From positions 32,001 to 96,000 of IMG/VR virus record IMGVR_UViG_3300022555_000024: DNA of 64,000 nt; one strand, written 5' to 3'. Below the pieces are notes generated by a model that made no database searches, was not told where the DNA came from, and saw nothing but the letters and a program-made list of their open reading frames with translations. This stretch comes from a virus. Positions 10,789 to 20,249 of this stretch are shown here, piece after piece (position 1 is the first letter of the stretch; each line of letters opens with the position of its first letter). The translations under genes were made by a program, and so were the position numbers.

Positions 10789-11730
10789 ATGGAAGAATTC
10801 TTGTGGGTAGAAAAATATAGACCCAAGTTAGTAAAAGATATCATATTACCTACTTCTATAAAATCTCAATTCGAATCGTTTATAGAAGTAGGTAATATTC
10901 CTACACTTTTGTTAGCAGGACCTTCTGGTTGTGGAAAAACTACAGCAGCTCGTGCTATGTTAGAAGAACTTGGAAACGATTACATTGTAATTAATGGTTC
11001 TATGGATGCTAATATTCAAAATCTACGAGGAGATATAAGAGACTTTGCTAGTAGTATGAGTTTTAATGGAGGTAGAAAATATGTTTTGTTAGATGAGGCT
11101 GATCAATTGTTAAGTACAGGAGTCTCTCCAGTGCAACAAGCTCTTAGAAATTTTACAGAAGAATATTCTTCTAATTGTGGTTTTATTCTTACCTGTAATT
11201 TCCCAGAAAAAATAATCGATGCTCTTCATTCTAGATGTACTAGAATAGATTTTAAGATATCAAAATCAGAATCGGCTAAATTGGCAGGACAGTTTTTATC
11301 TAGAGTAAAGATGATTTTAGACGCCGAAAATGTTACTTATGATGTTAAGGTTTTGGTGGAATATATAACATTATATTTTCCAGATTGGAGAAAAATCCTT
11401 AATGAACTTCAGGGATATGGAATGTCAGGTAGGATAGATACTGGAATTCTTGCAACAGTTTCTGATGCAGAAATAAAAAATTTAGTTTCGCTCTTAAAAC
11501 AAAAAAATTTTAAAGGAATGAGAACTTGGGTCGCTAAAAGTGACATAAATCATTCTTTATTATGCAGAAGACTCTTTGATTTATCGTATGAATTTATTTT
11601 ACCAGAATCTATTCCTCCTTTGGTAATCATTTTAGCAGACTATTCTTACAAAAATTGTTTCTCTATAGATGAAGAAATAAATACTGTTGCGATGTTAACA
11701 TCTATAATGGCAGAGATTAATTTTATTTAG
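10789..11730 (+). CDS. gp44: clamp loader large subunit
   Basis: LWVEKYRP, GPSGCGKT, LLDEAD and SRC motifs. Confidence 0.95.
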   Translation: MEEFLWVEKYRPKLVKDIILPTSIKSQFESFIEVGNIPTLLLAGPSGCGKTTAARAMLEELGNDYIVINGSMDANIQNLRGDIRDFASSMSFNGGRKYVLLDEADQLLSTGVSPVQQALRNFTEEYSSNCGFILTCNFPEKIIDALHSRCTRIDFKISKSESAKLAGQFLSRVKMILDAENVTYDVKVLVEYITLYFPDWRKILNELQGYGMSGRIDTGILATVSDAEIKNLVSLLKQKNFKGMRTWVAKSDINHSLLCRRLFDLSYEFILPESIPPLVIILADYSYKNCFSIDEEINTVAMLTSIMAEINFI

Positions 11731-11763
11731 AATTCGAATAACTATAAATAATTATACTAGATA

Positions 11764-12159
11764 ATGATAAGCCCATTTGATTTCTTAAATGAAATAAATT
11801 ATGGAAAACATAATATTATGCGAGGTACTACAAATACCGATGCTATAGAAAAAATGTATTCCCCTTTTATTGCAAATAAAACCCTAAGCTATTTCGCTGA
11901 TACTATTCTCTTTGCAAATGAGATGAATATTAGAGTTATTGATAACAGTATGCAATTTGCATATTTATTGAATGTTGTTAGGCAAAAGAAAAGATACACA
12001 AAATGGGAAAAACGTGAAAAATCGGATAAAATATCACTCATACAAAAGCATTATAAATATTCTTATAAGAAGGCTAAAGATGTTGTGAAACTTTTATCGG
12101 ATGATCAATTTAAACTAATTTCAAACCTGTATTACGAGGGCGGACAAAATGGACATTGA
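11764..12159 (+). CDS. gp62: clamp loader small subunit
   Basis: SPFDFLNEIN, YSPFIANKTLSY and ANEMN; synteny. Confidence 0.9.
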   Translation: MISPFDFLNEINYGKHNIMRGTTNTDAIEKMYSPFIANKTLSYFADTILFANEMNIRVIDNSMQFAYLLNVVRQKKRYTKWEKREKSDKISLIQKHYKYSYKKAKDVVKLLSDDQFKLISNLYYEGGQNGH

Positions 12160-12583
12160 AGAAATTATAGAAAATTTGGTAGAGGTAGAATTGATTTTAC
12201 CCGACAATTTTCTAAAAATTAAGGAATCTTTAACACGTATTGGCGTATCGTCGAAGCACAAAAAAACTCTTTACCAAAGCTGTCATATTTTGCATAAACG
12301 TGGTAAATATTACATCGTAAACTTTAAAGAGTTATTTAAATTAGATGGAAAACCATCTAATATTGATGAAACGGATATTAGACGTAGAAATACTATAGTT
12401 AGACTTCTTTCTGATTGGAAATTATTATCGGTAGTTAGACCAGATCAAATACAAGATCAATTGCCAATGAATCAAATTAAAGTATTAAGTTTTAAAGAAA
12501 AAGGAGAATGGGAACTTATAGAAAAATATTCTATTGGGAAATTTCATTCTAATAAGGAAGAAGATAACTGGAATAAAATTTAA
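12149..12583 (+). CDS. regA: translational repressor RegA
   Basis: FLKIKESLTRIG and LYQSCHILHKRGKYYIVNFKELF. Confidence 0.95.
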   Translation: MDIEEIIENLVEVELILPDNFLKIKESLTRIGVSSKHKKTLYQSCHILHKRGKYYIVNFKELFKLDGKPSNIDETDIRRRNTIVRLLSDWKLLSVVRPDQIQDQLPMNQIKVLSFKEKGEWELIEKYSIGKFHSNKEEDNWNKI

Positions 12584-12587
12584 AAAT

Positions 12588-13178
12588 ATGAAAATTAACA
12601 TTATTAAAGCAGGAATGAGAATAGATCCTTATACGTTTCAACCAGCTTTTCATGCGGAATTTGAGTGGCCTTTAGAACTTGTTCAAAAATTAGATGGACC
12701 TTCAAAGGGAACAGACGAATATTATATTATAATTGGTAAATCTATTATGGATGCAATCGATTCCTACGAAGCACCTATTCTTACTTGGAAAATTCCTTTT
12801 ACAGAAAAAGAATTAAAAGATGAGTTGGAATTAAATGGAATTAAAGTTTGGGATAACATGACAGAGCCAGTTACTTTTCCTCATTTTAATGGAGTTATTT
12901 ATGATATGTTAGATCCAATTATTGCACATACAATAAAAATAGATAATGGTTCGTCTCTATCTGATATTGTTGAAACTATCAAATCTTCTGGAAAAAACTT
13001 TTCACTTTATAAACTATTAATTCCTCATTATCATAAGAAAAGTAAAAATTATATATGCGTTTCTGATGAAGAATATGATGCTATGCAAGATTTATCAAAT
13101 AATACAATTGGTAATTTTTATAATCAGCAAATACATGATTATGATTTATTTGGAAAAATTAGATTTTCTTCTTGGTAA
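12588..13178 (+). CDS. hypothetical protein
   Basis: Open ORF after regA; start uncertain. Confidence 0.55.
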   Translation: MKINIIKAGMRIDPYTFQPAFHAEFEWPLELVQKLDGPSKGTDEYYIIIGKSIMDAIDSYEAPILTWKIPFTEKELKDELELNGIKVWDNMTEPVTFPHFNGVIYDMLDPIIAHTIKIDNGSSLSDIVETIKSSGKNFSLYKLLIPHYHKKSKNYICVSDEEYDAMQDLSNNTIGNFYNQQIHDYDLFGKIRFSSW

Positions 13179-13183
13179 TTTTA

Positions 13184-13300
13184 TATAAATATATTTTAGA
13201 TACACGGAGTGCTGCTTGCAGACTCCGAATTAACAAACAACAGGAATCGCCTTATAGGGATTCTATATTTACAAACTCTAGCCTAAAAGGGGAGAGACTT
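13184..13300 (+). promoter_or_regulatory. late promoter TATAAATA plus three-hairpin ROSE-like 5' UTR of hsp20
   Basis: TATAAATA at 13184-13191. Hairpins at 13205-13227, 13243-13264 and 13276-13296, each with a bulged G; the last pairs with the SD (GGGGAG). Confidence 0.65.
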
Positions 13301-13855
13301 ATGACACGCATCTCAGAACGAACACTCACAACATTCGAAGAATTGGACAGACTAAATAAAGCATTCAGTCCGTTTTCAATTGGATTATTCGATAACCTTA
13401 TCAACAAATCATCAAATCGATTCATTGAATTTCAGAAACCTATTGGTTTTCCACCATATAATATACTGAAAAAAGATGATGTTTACAATATTGTTATTGC
13501 TATAGCCGGTTTTACAAAGGAAGCAATAGAAATAGAGTATTTTGATAAGACGTTGACAGTTAAAGGTAATTCAGAACAGGAACATAATGACGATGTTGAA
13601 GTAGTCTACAATGGTATTGCTAATCGAGCATTTACAAGAACATTTACATTAGCAGATAATATCGAAGTAACAGGAGCTGATCTAAAAAATGGGCTTTTAA
13701 CTATAACATGTCGTCAATGGATACCAGAGAGACTTCAAAAAAGACAAATTCTTATCAATCAAACCAACACAGATCCTGTCACTGGAGGTGATTTAGCGGG
13801 ATCTAAAACAGATTCAATAAAAGGTGACTCGAAACAGTTATTATGTGAATCTTAA
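13301..13855 (+). CDS. small heat shock protein (Hsp20/IbpA family)
   Basis: FPPYNI, IAIAGF, GIANRAFTRTFTL and ADLKNGLL; SD-led ATG at 13301. Confidence 0.92.
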   Translation: MTRISERTLTTFEELDRLNKAFSPFSIGLFDNLINKSSNRFIEFQKPIGFPPYNILKKDDVYNIVIAIAGFTKEAIEIEYFDKTLTVKGNSEQEHNDDVEVVYNGIANRAFTRTFTLADNIEVTGADLKNGLLTITCRQWIPERLQKRQILINQTNTDPVTGGDLAGSKTDSIKGDSKQLLCES

Positions 13856-13865
13856 ACATATCTAG

Positions 13866-13940
13866 TGGGAAGAGACAAGAGGAAAATTGCTGATTCGACA
13901 CGGATCATACGCAGTTTTACTCCTCTTCCCATTTTTATTT
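13866..13940 (+). terminator. long bulged hairpin with U-tract between hsp20 and gp43A
   Basis: tgggaagag/ctcttccca, aaaattgc/gcagtttt and tgattc/ggatca stems, followed by ttttt. Confidence 0.6.
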
Positions 13941-13989
13941 TACAACTTCATTGCTATATTATTAACATAATGAAAATTAAGAATTACTA

Positions 13990-15462
13990 ATGGGTTTCTT
14001 TTATACAAATTCACAATATCATAGAGGTTCTATTTATGTTCGTGGTTACGACACAAATGGAAAATATGTTTCTAAAAAAGTTGATTACCAGCCAACAATA
14101 TTTGTACCTACAAATAAAATAGAAGAATCAGATGGTTGGAGAACTATTTACGGAGATCCAGTAAAGCCCGTAAAAATGCGTTCTGTATTTGATATGAAAG
14201 AATATGTGAATGGATTAGATAATATTTGTGGACTTATAGATACTCGTGATCAAAAATATGCATTTATCAACGACATCATCCCTGGTGAAGTTGAACATAA
14301 AATGGATCTCATAAAGACTTTAATATTTGATATAGAAATAGAAACAGAAGGTGGTCATGAGGATATTAAAAAATTAGTTTGGGGAAATCCTCATCAGAAA
14401 ATAAATGCAATCTGTGTGTGGATAAATAATATAGAATATGTTTCTTGGGGACTCGGTAAGTTTGAAGCAGAAAGAGAAGATCATGAATATAGAGAATTTA
14501 CCGATGAATTAGAAATGTTGCATGACTTTTTTAAGTTTGTTCAACACGAAAAACCGGATATCATATCGGGATGGAATATTAATGGATTTGATATTCCATA
14601 TTTATTCAATAGAGTTTCATTTTTAGGTAAAAGAGAATATGCAAATTTAATGTCTCCTTGGAGACATGCACCAGAATTAGTAGGAAATGAAATTCAACAG
14701 TATACTATTCCAGGAATTGCTATTTTAGATTATATGGAGACATATAAGAAATTTAATATGACGCCTAGAGAATCATATTCTCTTAATAATATTTGTTATG
14801 AAGAACTTGGAGAGAAAAAACTAGACTATTCCGAATTCGATTCTCTCATGGACCTTTATAAAAAAGATTGGAAAACTTTTATTAGATACAATTTACGTGA
14901 TACAGAATTGGTTAAAAAACTAGATGATAAACTTAAATATTTTGATTTAGTAGTTACATATGCATACCTCGGAAAAGTAAATTACGAGGATGTATTTGGC
15001 ACTGTGAAATATTGGGATATTAAGATATATAATCATCTTTACAAAAAGAAAATAGCAATTCCACCAAAACCTAAAGATACAAGAAAAGAAGAATATCCAG
15101 GTGGTTTTGTAAAAGATCCAATCGTAGGTATGCATAAATGGGTATCAACGTTTGATTTGAATTCGCTATATCCATCTGTACTTATTCAGTGGAACATTTC
15201 TCCAGAAACTTTAATTAATGGAAAACATTCTCAGGTTACTGTAGATTCTATATTAAATAAAGAGTATGATAATTCAGAATTGCTTAAAGAAGATATTACT
15301 TTAGCAGCAAACGGGGTATATTTTTCTAAGAAAAAACAAGGGTTTATTCCAGAAATTCTAGAAGAACTTTACGAGACTAGAACAAAATATAAAAAGAAGA
15401 TGCTTGCAGGTGAAGCTAAATTGCAGAAAGTACTAGAAGAAATAAAAAGAAGAAAATTATAA
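13990..15462 (+). CDS. gp43A: family B DNA polymerase, N-terminal part (exonuclease and part of palm)
   Basis: FDIEIE, GWNINGFDIPY, YNLRD and FDLNSLYPS motifs; ends in the fingers region. Confidence 0.92.
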   Translation: MGFFYTNSQYHRGSIYVRGYDTNGKYVSKKVDYQPTIFVPTNKIEESDGWRTIYGDPVKPVKMRSVFDMKEYVNGLDNICGLIDTRDQKYAFINDIIPGEVEHKMDLIKTLIFDIEIETEGGHEDIKKLVWGNPHQKINAICVWINNIEYVSWGLGKFEAEREDHEYREFTDELEMLHDFFKFVQHEKPDIISGWNINGFDIPYLFNRVSFLGKREYANLMSPWRHAPELVGNEIQQYTIPGIAILDYMETYKKFNMTPRESYSLNNICYEELGEKKLDYSEFDSLMDLYKKDWKTFIRYNLRDTELVKKLDDKLKYFDLVVTYAYLGKVNYEDVFGTVKYWDIKIYNHLYKKKIAIPPKPKDTRKEEYPGGFVKDPIVGMHKWVSTFDLNSLYPSVLIQWNISPETLINGKHSQVTVDSILNKEYDNSELLKEDITLAANGVYFSKKKQGFIPEILEELYETRTKYKKKMLAGEAKLQKVLEEIKRRKL

Positions 15463-16559
15463 TGAAAGCAATAGAGGAGATGAGTGATGAGGAACTTATT
15501 TCATATAAAAAGAATTTGGAAGATGAAATAGGAGCTAATAATTCTACTCAAAATGCGTTAAAGGTAGCTTTGAATATGTTATACGGAGCCCTAGCTAATA
15601 GATATTTTAGGTATTTTGATGTAAGAATGGCTTCTGCAGTAACTTTAACAGGTCAGAGTGTTGTTAAATGGTGCGAAAAGTCTACCAATGAATATATGAA
15701 TAAGGTTTTAAAGACAGATAAAGACTATATTATTGCCATTGATACTGATTCAGTGTTTATAACAATGGAGGATATGATTAATAAATATTTTCCAGATGTA
15801 AATGATACTTCTACTGTTATATCAACAATGCAAAAAATAACAGAAAAGAAAATACTTCCTAATATGGCAAAATCATTTGCCGAGCTTTATGAATATTTGA
15901 ATTGTTATAAACCAAGAATGGTTATCAAATCAGAATCTTTGGCAAGTGCAGGTATATTTTTATGTAGAAAGAAATATGCTCTTATGGTTCATTCTAACGA
16001 AGGAATTGTTTATGCAAAACCAAAAATGAAAGTTAAAGGAATAGAGATAATAAGATCATCTACTCCCGAAATATGTAGATCTTCTCTTAAAGAAGCCGTT
16101 CAAATAATATTTGATTCTGGTGAAAAAGCTGTTCAAGAACATATTAAACAATTTAAGAATAAATTTATATCTAGCGGAGTTAATTCTACATCTTTTCCTA
16201 GAGGAATTAACGAACTTAAAAAATGGATAGATATAAATGGAAATCTTAACAAAGGATGCCCAATACATGTAAGAGGAGCTTTAAACTTCAATAGATATGT
16301 AGATAAATTAGGATTAGATAAGAAGTATGAGCATATTCATGAAGGCGATAAAATAAGATTTACATATCTTAAGATGCCTAATCCTTTAAATTCAAATGTA
16401 ATAGGGTTTGTTTCTTTAATGCCAAAAGAATTTGAGTTAGAGGAGTATATAGATTATGAATTGCAGTTTCAAAAGGCGTTTGTTGCACCTATTTCTAATA
16501 TTCTTGATGCAGTAGGATGGCAAGTAAAACCAAGTGTGAATTTGATAGATTTATTTTAA
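15462..16559 (+). CDS. gp43B: family B DNA polymerase, C-terminal part
   Basis: KVALNMLYG, IDTDS, KKYAL and KGIEIIRSSTP; TAATG overlap with gp43A. Confidence 0.92.
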   Translation: MKAIEEMSDEELISYKKNLEDEIGANNSTQNALKVALNMLYGALANRYFRYFDVRMASAVTLTGQSVVKWCEKSTNEYMNKVLKTDKDYIIAIDTDSVFITMEDMINKYFPDVNDTSTVISTMQKITEKKILPNMAKSFAELYEYLNCYKPRMVIKSESLASAGIFLCRKKYALMVHSNEGIVYAKPKMKVKGIEIIRSSTPEICRSSLKEAVQIIFDSGEKAVQEHIKQFKNKFISSGVNSTSFPRGINELKKWIDINGNLNKGCPIHVRGALNFNRYVDKLGLDKKYEHIHEGDKIRFTYLKMPNPLNSNVIGFVSLMPKEFELEEYIDYELQFQKAFVAPISNILDAVGWQVKPSVNLIDLF

Positions 16560-16578
16560 TTAAAAACGAGGAAAAACA

Positions 16579-16815
16579 ATGGCAATAGTAGAAAAGACAT
16601 CTTATGAGGTAACAGTAAGGATCCCGAACACCAATAGCGAGAAAGGTGTAGAAGTTTTGCCTAATTCTTTAGGCATTGTTTCTGGAAATTTATCTGAATA
16701 TAAGTGGGAAACTTATTTAGTAGTTGGAAGCAGTATTGTCAAAATACTTAAGCATTTTGGCGAAGACAACATAGAAAATATTTCTGTTAGAGGAAAAGGA
16801 ATCTATATTTCATAA
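16579..16815 (+). CDS. hypothetical protein
   Basis: Strong SD (cgaggaaaaacaATG). Confidence 0.65.
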   Translation: MAIVEKTSYEVTVRIPNTNSEKGVEVLPNSLGIVSGNLSEYKWETYLVVGSSIVKILKHFGEDNIENISVRGKGIYIS

Positions 16816-16841
16816 ATAAATAATTAAACCGAGGAAAAACA

Positions 16842-17030
16842 ATGGCAATAACAATTGAACAAGTAGAATCGAGACTAAAGGAAATTCAAAATGAGGTTGC
16901 AAAAGAGAATCAGACGATCAACAATTTGTCTACAGAGTTTCAACAGTTGCTGGGCTATAAGCAAGCATTGATAGATAATTCAACCGTAGCAGAAGAAAAC
17001 TCATCTGATAAAACTCTTTTAACTGAGTAA
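16842..17030 (+). CDS. small coiled-coil protein
   Basis: Same leader cgaggaaaaacaATGGCAATA as the previous ORF; heptad-like sequence. Confidence 0.65.
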   Translation: MAITIEQVESRLKEIQNEVAKENQTINNLSTEFQQLLGYKQALIDNSTVAEENSSDKTLLTE

Positions 17031-17044
17031 CTAGTTGTAATAAT

Positions 17045-17410
17045 GGGGGTGACGGGATTTTGCCAGTCAAATAGTTAAATAGGAGTGCAGTTCGAGTTTC
17101 AGCATGGATGGACTCGTTAAAGAAGTCTATGTAAACAATAAATGCAGACACTTTCGAGTATCGCATGGCTGCTTGATCTTAACAGACAAACACCAAATTT
17201 GATAACTATATAGACGCTGAGTAGTTATCATCTAAAAATATTAGCAGTCGTCTTTGGTCCGAAGTTTCATCTCACCAATGTACTAAATTTGAAACTAGGT
17301 ATATCTCTTCCTGTTTGTGGGAAGTCAATTACCGAACAATAACACAAACATGACTGTAACACTTTTATTTTTCGTTTGGTTGTACGAGGGTTCGACTCCC
17401 TCCACTTCCA
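17045..17410 (+). ncRNA. ssrA: tmRNA (tag ADTFEYRMAA*)
   Basis: Acceptor GGGGGTG/CACTTCC-A with G3:U. T arm gaggg-ttcgact-ccctc. PK1 (cgagtt/gactcg; catggat/gtctatg). Resume context aaacaataaat-GCA, with tag ORF 17144-17176 ending AA-stop. Confidence 0.93.
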
Positions 17411-17416
17411 CAAAAT

Positions 17417-17561
17417 GGGGTAACACAGGTTAGAAATAATTAGCGAAAAACAGAACTGGTTATAACTCTACAATGATCGCAACATTGGAGGACTTGATGA
17501 ACAGAGAATGTTCTTTAGTAATACCGTGATTATTTATTGGGTTCGAACCCCATTTACTCCA
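17417..17561 (+). ncRNA. second, miniature tmRNA-like RNA (tRNA-like domain with ~85-nt insert)
   Basis: Acceptor GGGGTAA/TTACTCC-A (G3:U), stemless D-loop, P2-like helix aaataatta/tgattattt, and T arm tggg-ttcgaac-ccca. Confidence 0.75.
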
Positions 17562-17606
17562 CAAATTAATATATAACATCCTTCCTAATAATACAAATAC
17601 TACACA

Positions 17607-18722
17607 ATGGCAAAAGCAGAAGTAACAAAAAATAGCAAAGCATATGATATCCTAAAAAGAATGAAGAAGACGTCTTCTGTTGAAGAATCGTCAGTTTTTT
17701 CAGATTCTGATCTTTATATGATAAAGGAATCCATCCCAACTCCTATCCCAGTAATAAATTTAGCACTATCTGGTAAATTTTTTGAAGGAGGAATAACACG
17801 AGGTTTAACTGTATTTGCGGGACTGTCAAAAACCTTTAAGACTAACATTTGCCTTCTTTGTTTAAAGGCATATATGGACGCACATGAAGACGCGATAGGA
17901 ATGCTTTATGATTCAGAGTTCTCATTTACCCCAGAGTATTTAGCTTCATTTGGGATAGATATTAACAGAATATTCATAACACCTATAGTTGATATAGACA
18001 AACTTAAGAACGATATTATAAGTCAGGTAGATTCCATTAATAATGGAGAACACATCTTCATTTTAATAGATAGTATTGGAAATTTGGCATCTCTTAAAGA
18101 AGTATCTGATGCACAGGATGGAAAATCAACTCAAGATATGTCCCGCGCAAAAATGTTAAAAAGCTTTTTTAGAATGATAACGCCAAGAGTAAATCTGAAA
18201 AATATTCCACTTTTTGTTGTTAATCACATTTATATGACTCAGGAAATCTATAGCAAAGCAGTAATAAGTGGTGGAACAGGAGTACTCCTATCTGCAAATT
18301 CTGCACTCATCATGTCTCGTCGTAAGAATGATAATAAGGAAGAAGCTGGGTTCGATTTTATGATTAAAGCAGAGAAATCTAGATTTATAAAAGAAGGAAT
18401 TAAATTTCCAATTACAATACCTGAAGGTGGACAGATTAAGAAATATTCAGGCCTGTTTGATCTTGCATTAGAGACTGGCTTTTTAATGAAAGAAGGAATG
18501 ATGTATGCTGTCCCTGAATTACCAGAATTTAAAAAGGCATGGAAAAAAGATATAGAGGATTCTGAAGAATTCTGGACAAATATTTTTGAGAATACTACAT
18601 TTGTTAAAACTATAGAGGAAGGACTTAAAGTATCTGTAGATCAATCAGAATTATTTAAAATAGGTGCTAATGTTAGTGATATCTCCAATACAGTTGAAGA
18701 TTTCAAAGAGTTTGAAGAATAA
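17607..18722 (+). CDS. uvsX: RecA-like recombinase
   Basis: INLALSG, GLSKTFKT, YDSEF, IDSIGNLAS, DMSRAK and SGGTG. Confidence 0.93.
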   Translation: MAKAEVTKNSKAYDILKRMKKTSSVEESSVFSDSDLYMIKESIPTPIPVINLALSGKFFEGGITRGLTVFAGLSKTFKTNICLLCLKAYMDAHEDAIGMLYDSEFSFTPEYLASFGIDINRIFITPIVDIDKLKNDIISQVDSINNGEHIFILIDSIGNLASLKEVSDAQDGKSTQDMSRAKMLKSFFRMITPRVNLKNIPLFVVNHIYMTQEIYSKAVISGGTGVLLSANSALIMSRRKNDNKEEAGFDFMIKAEKSRFIKEGIKFPITIPEGGQIKKYSGLFDLALETGFLMKEGMMYAVPELPEFKKAWKKDIEDSEEFWTNIFENTTFVKTIEEGLKVSVDQSELFKIGANVSDISNTVEDFKEFEE

Positions 18723-18782
18723 AATGTGAAAATTGTTGTTATATATTATTTTATACTATCAAATAAAGGATTAAACAAAAAA

Positions 18783-20186
18783 ATGAATCGAATTGAAATA
18801 ATTATACTTTCCGGATTAATTACACAAGCAGAATTTTCTAGAAAAGTTCTCCCATTTATAAAAACAGAATATTTTGCTTCTTTGGAGGAACGTTATCTCT
18901 TTGACACAATACACAAATATATAACAACATATGGACAATTACCATCTATTTCAGCTTTATCGATAGAGATAGAAAATATCGTAGATATTAATGAAAGTGC
19001 TTTCAAATCGTTGAAAGAACTTCTTATTACAGTCGGGGATTCTACTGTAGATAATAAAGAGTTAGAATGGCTGTTAATAAATACAGAGAAATTTTGTCAG
19101 GATAAAGCACTCTATAATGCAATTATGGAGTCTATAGAGATCATGAATGCAGACAAAAATTCTACAACACACAAAAACCTTTCTAAAACTTCCATTCCAT
19201 CAGTTCTCACAAAGGCTCTAGCTGTTACTTTTGATAGTAAGGTAGGTCATGATTACATAGGTGATTCTGATTCTAGATATGAACATTATCATGAGAAAGA
19301 TGAGAAGATCCCATTTGACATAGAACTACTCAATACCATAACTAATGGTGGACTTCCAAAGAAAGCACTTTCTATTATTCTTGGTGGAACTGGAACTGGA
19401 AAGTCTATGGTAATGTGTCATTTTGCTGCTAACAATCTAATGGATGGTAATAACGTTCTCTATATAACTTTAGAAATGTCTGAGTTAGAGACAGCAAAAA
19501 GAATAGATGCAAATGTCTTTGACGTTGACATTAAAGATATATCTTCTATGTCTAAAACTGAATATCATAATCATGTAGATGATATAAAAAGAAAAACTAT
19601 GGGTAGACTTATTATTAAGGAATACCCAACTGCATCAGCACATGCCGGTCATTTTAGATTTCTCTTAGATGAATTGAAATTAAAAGAGAAGTTTATACCA
19701 GATATTATCTATATAGATTATATAAACATATGTCTAAGTATGAGAATGAAAATGGATGGAAATTCTTATTCATACATAAAATCTATAGCAGAAGAAATAA
19801 GAGGAATGGCAGTAGAATTCAATGTACCAATAGTTTCTGCTACTCAAACTAATAGAAATGCGCAAAATTCATCTGATGTAGATCTTACCAACGTTTCAGA
19901 ATCGACAGGCCTCTCTTCAACGTGTGATCTTATGCTCGCAATCATATCTTCAGAGCAATTGTCAGAACTTGGACAGCTTCAGTTCAAACAACTTAAAAAT
20001 AGATATAATGATGTTAATTCACCAACAAGGTTTTTAGTTGGTGTCAACAAATCAAAGATGAAACTTTTTGATTTAGAAACAAGTGTTCAAAACACTATCA
20101 TTCAATCAGGGCAAAGTCAAGTAACAAAACCAGCTGGAGGATTTTTTGGTACATCTAAAAACAAATTTTCTTCTATAAACGTCTAA
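18783..20186 (+). CDS. gp41: replicative DnaB-like helicase
   Basis: TEKFCQDKALYNAI, GGTGTGKS, YITLEMSE, IKEYPT and SATQTNR. Confidence 0.95.
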   Translation: MNRIEIIILSGLITQAEFSRKVLPFIKTEYFASLEERYLFDTIHKYITTYGQLPSISALSIEIENIVDINESAFKSLKELLITVGDSTVDNKELEWLLINTEKFCQDKALYNAIMESIEIMNADKNSTTHKNLSKTSIPSVLTKALAVTFDSKVGHDYIGDSDSRYEHYHEKDEKIPFDIELLNTITNGGLPKKALSIILGGTGTGKSMVMCHFAANNLMDGNNVLYITLEMSELETAKRIDANVFDVDIKDISSMSKTEYHNHVDDIKRKTMGRLIIKEYPTASAHAGHFRFLLDELKLKEKFIPDIIYIDYINICLSMRMKMDGNSYSYIKSIAEEIRGMAVEFNVPIVSATQTNRNAQNSSDVDLTNVSESTGLSSTCDLMLAIISSEQLSELGQLQFKQLKNRYNDVNSPTRFLVGVNKSKMKLFDLETSVQNTIIQSGQSQVTKPAGGFFGTSKNKFSSINV

Positions 20187-20249
20187 TTGGTATAAATATT
20201 TTTTTAATTTTGGGAAAAAGATTATATTTAATAAGTAATAAAATAAGCA

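Noticed and set aside
15440-15480. Intron or intein in DNA polymerase
   Set aside because: No intervening sequence; the halves overlap by one base.
16930-17166. Minus-strand 78-aa ORF
   Set aside because: Antisense to the tmRNA and to a + strand gene.
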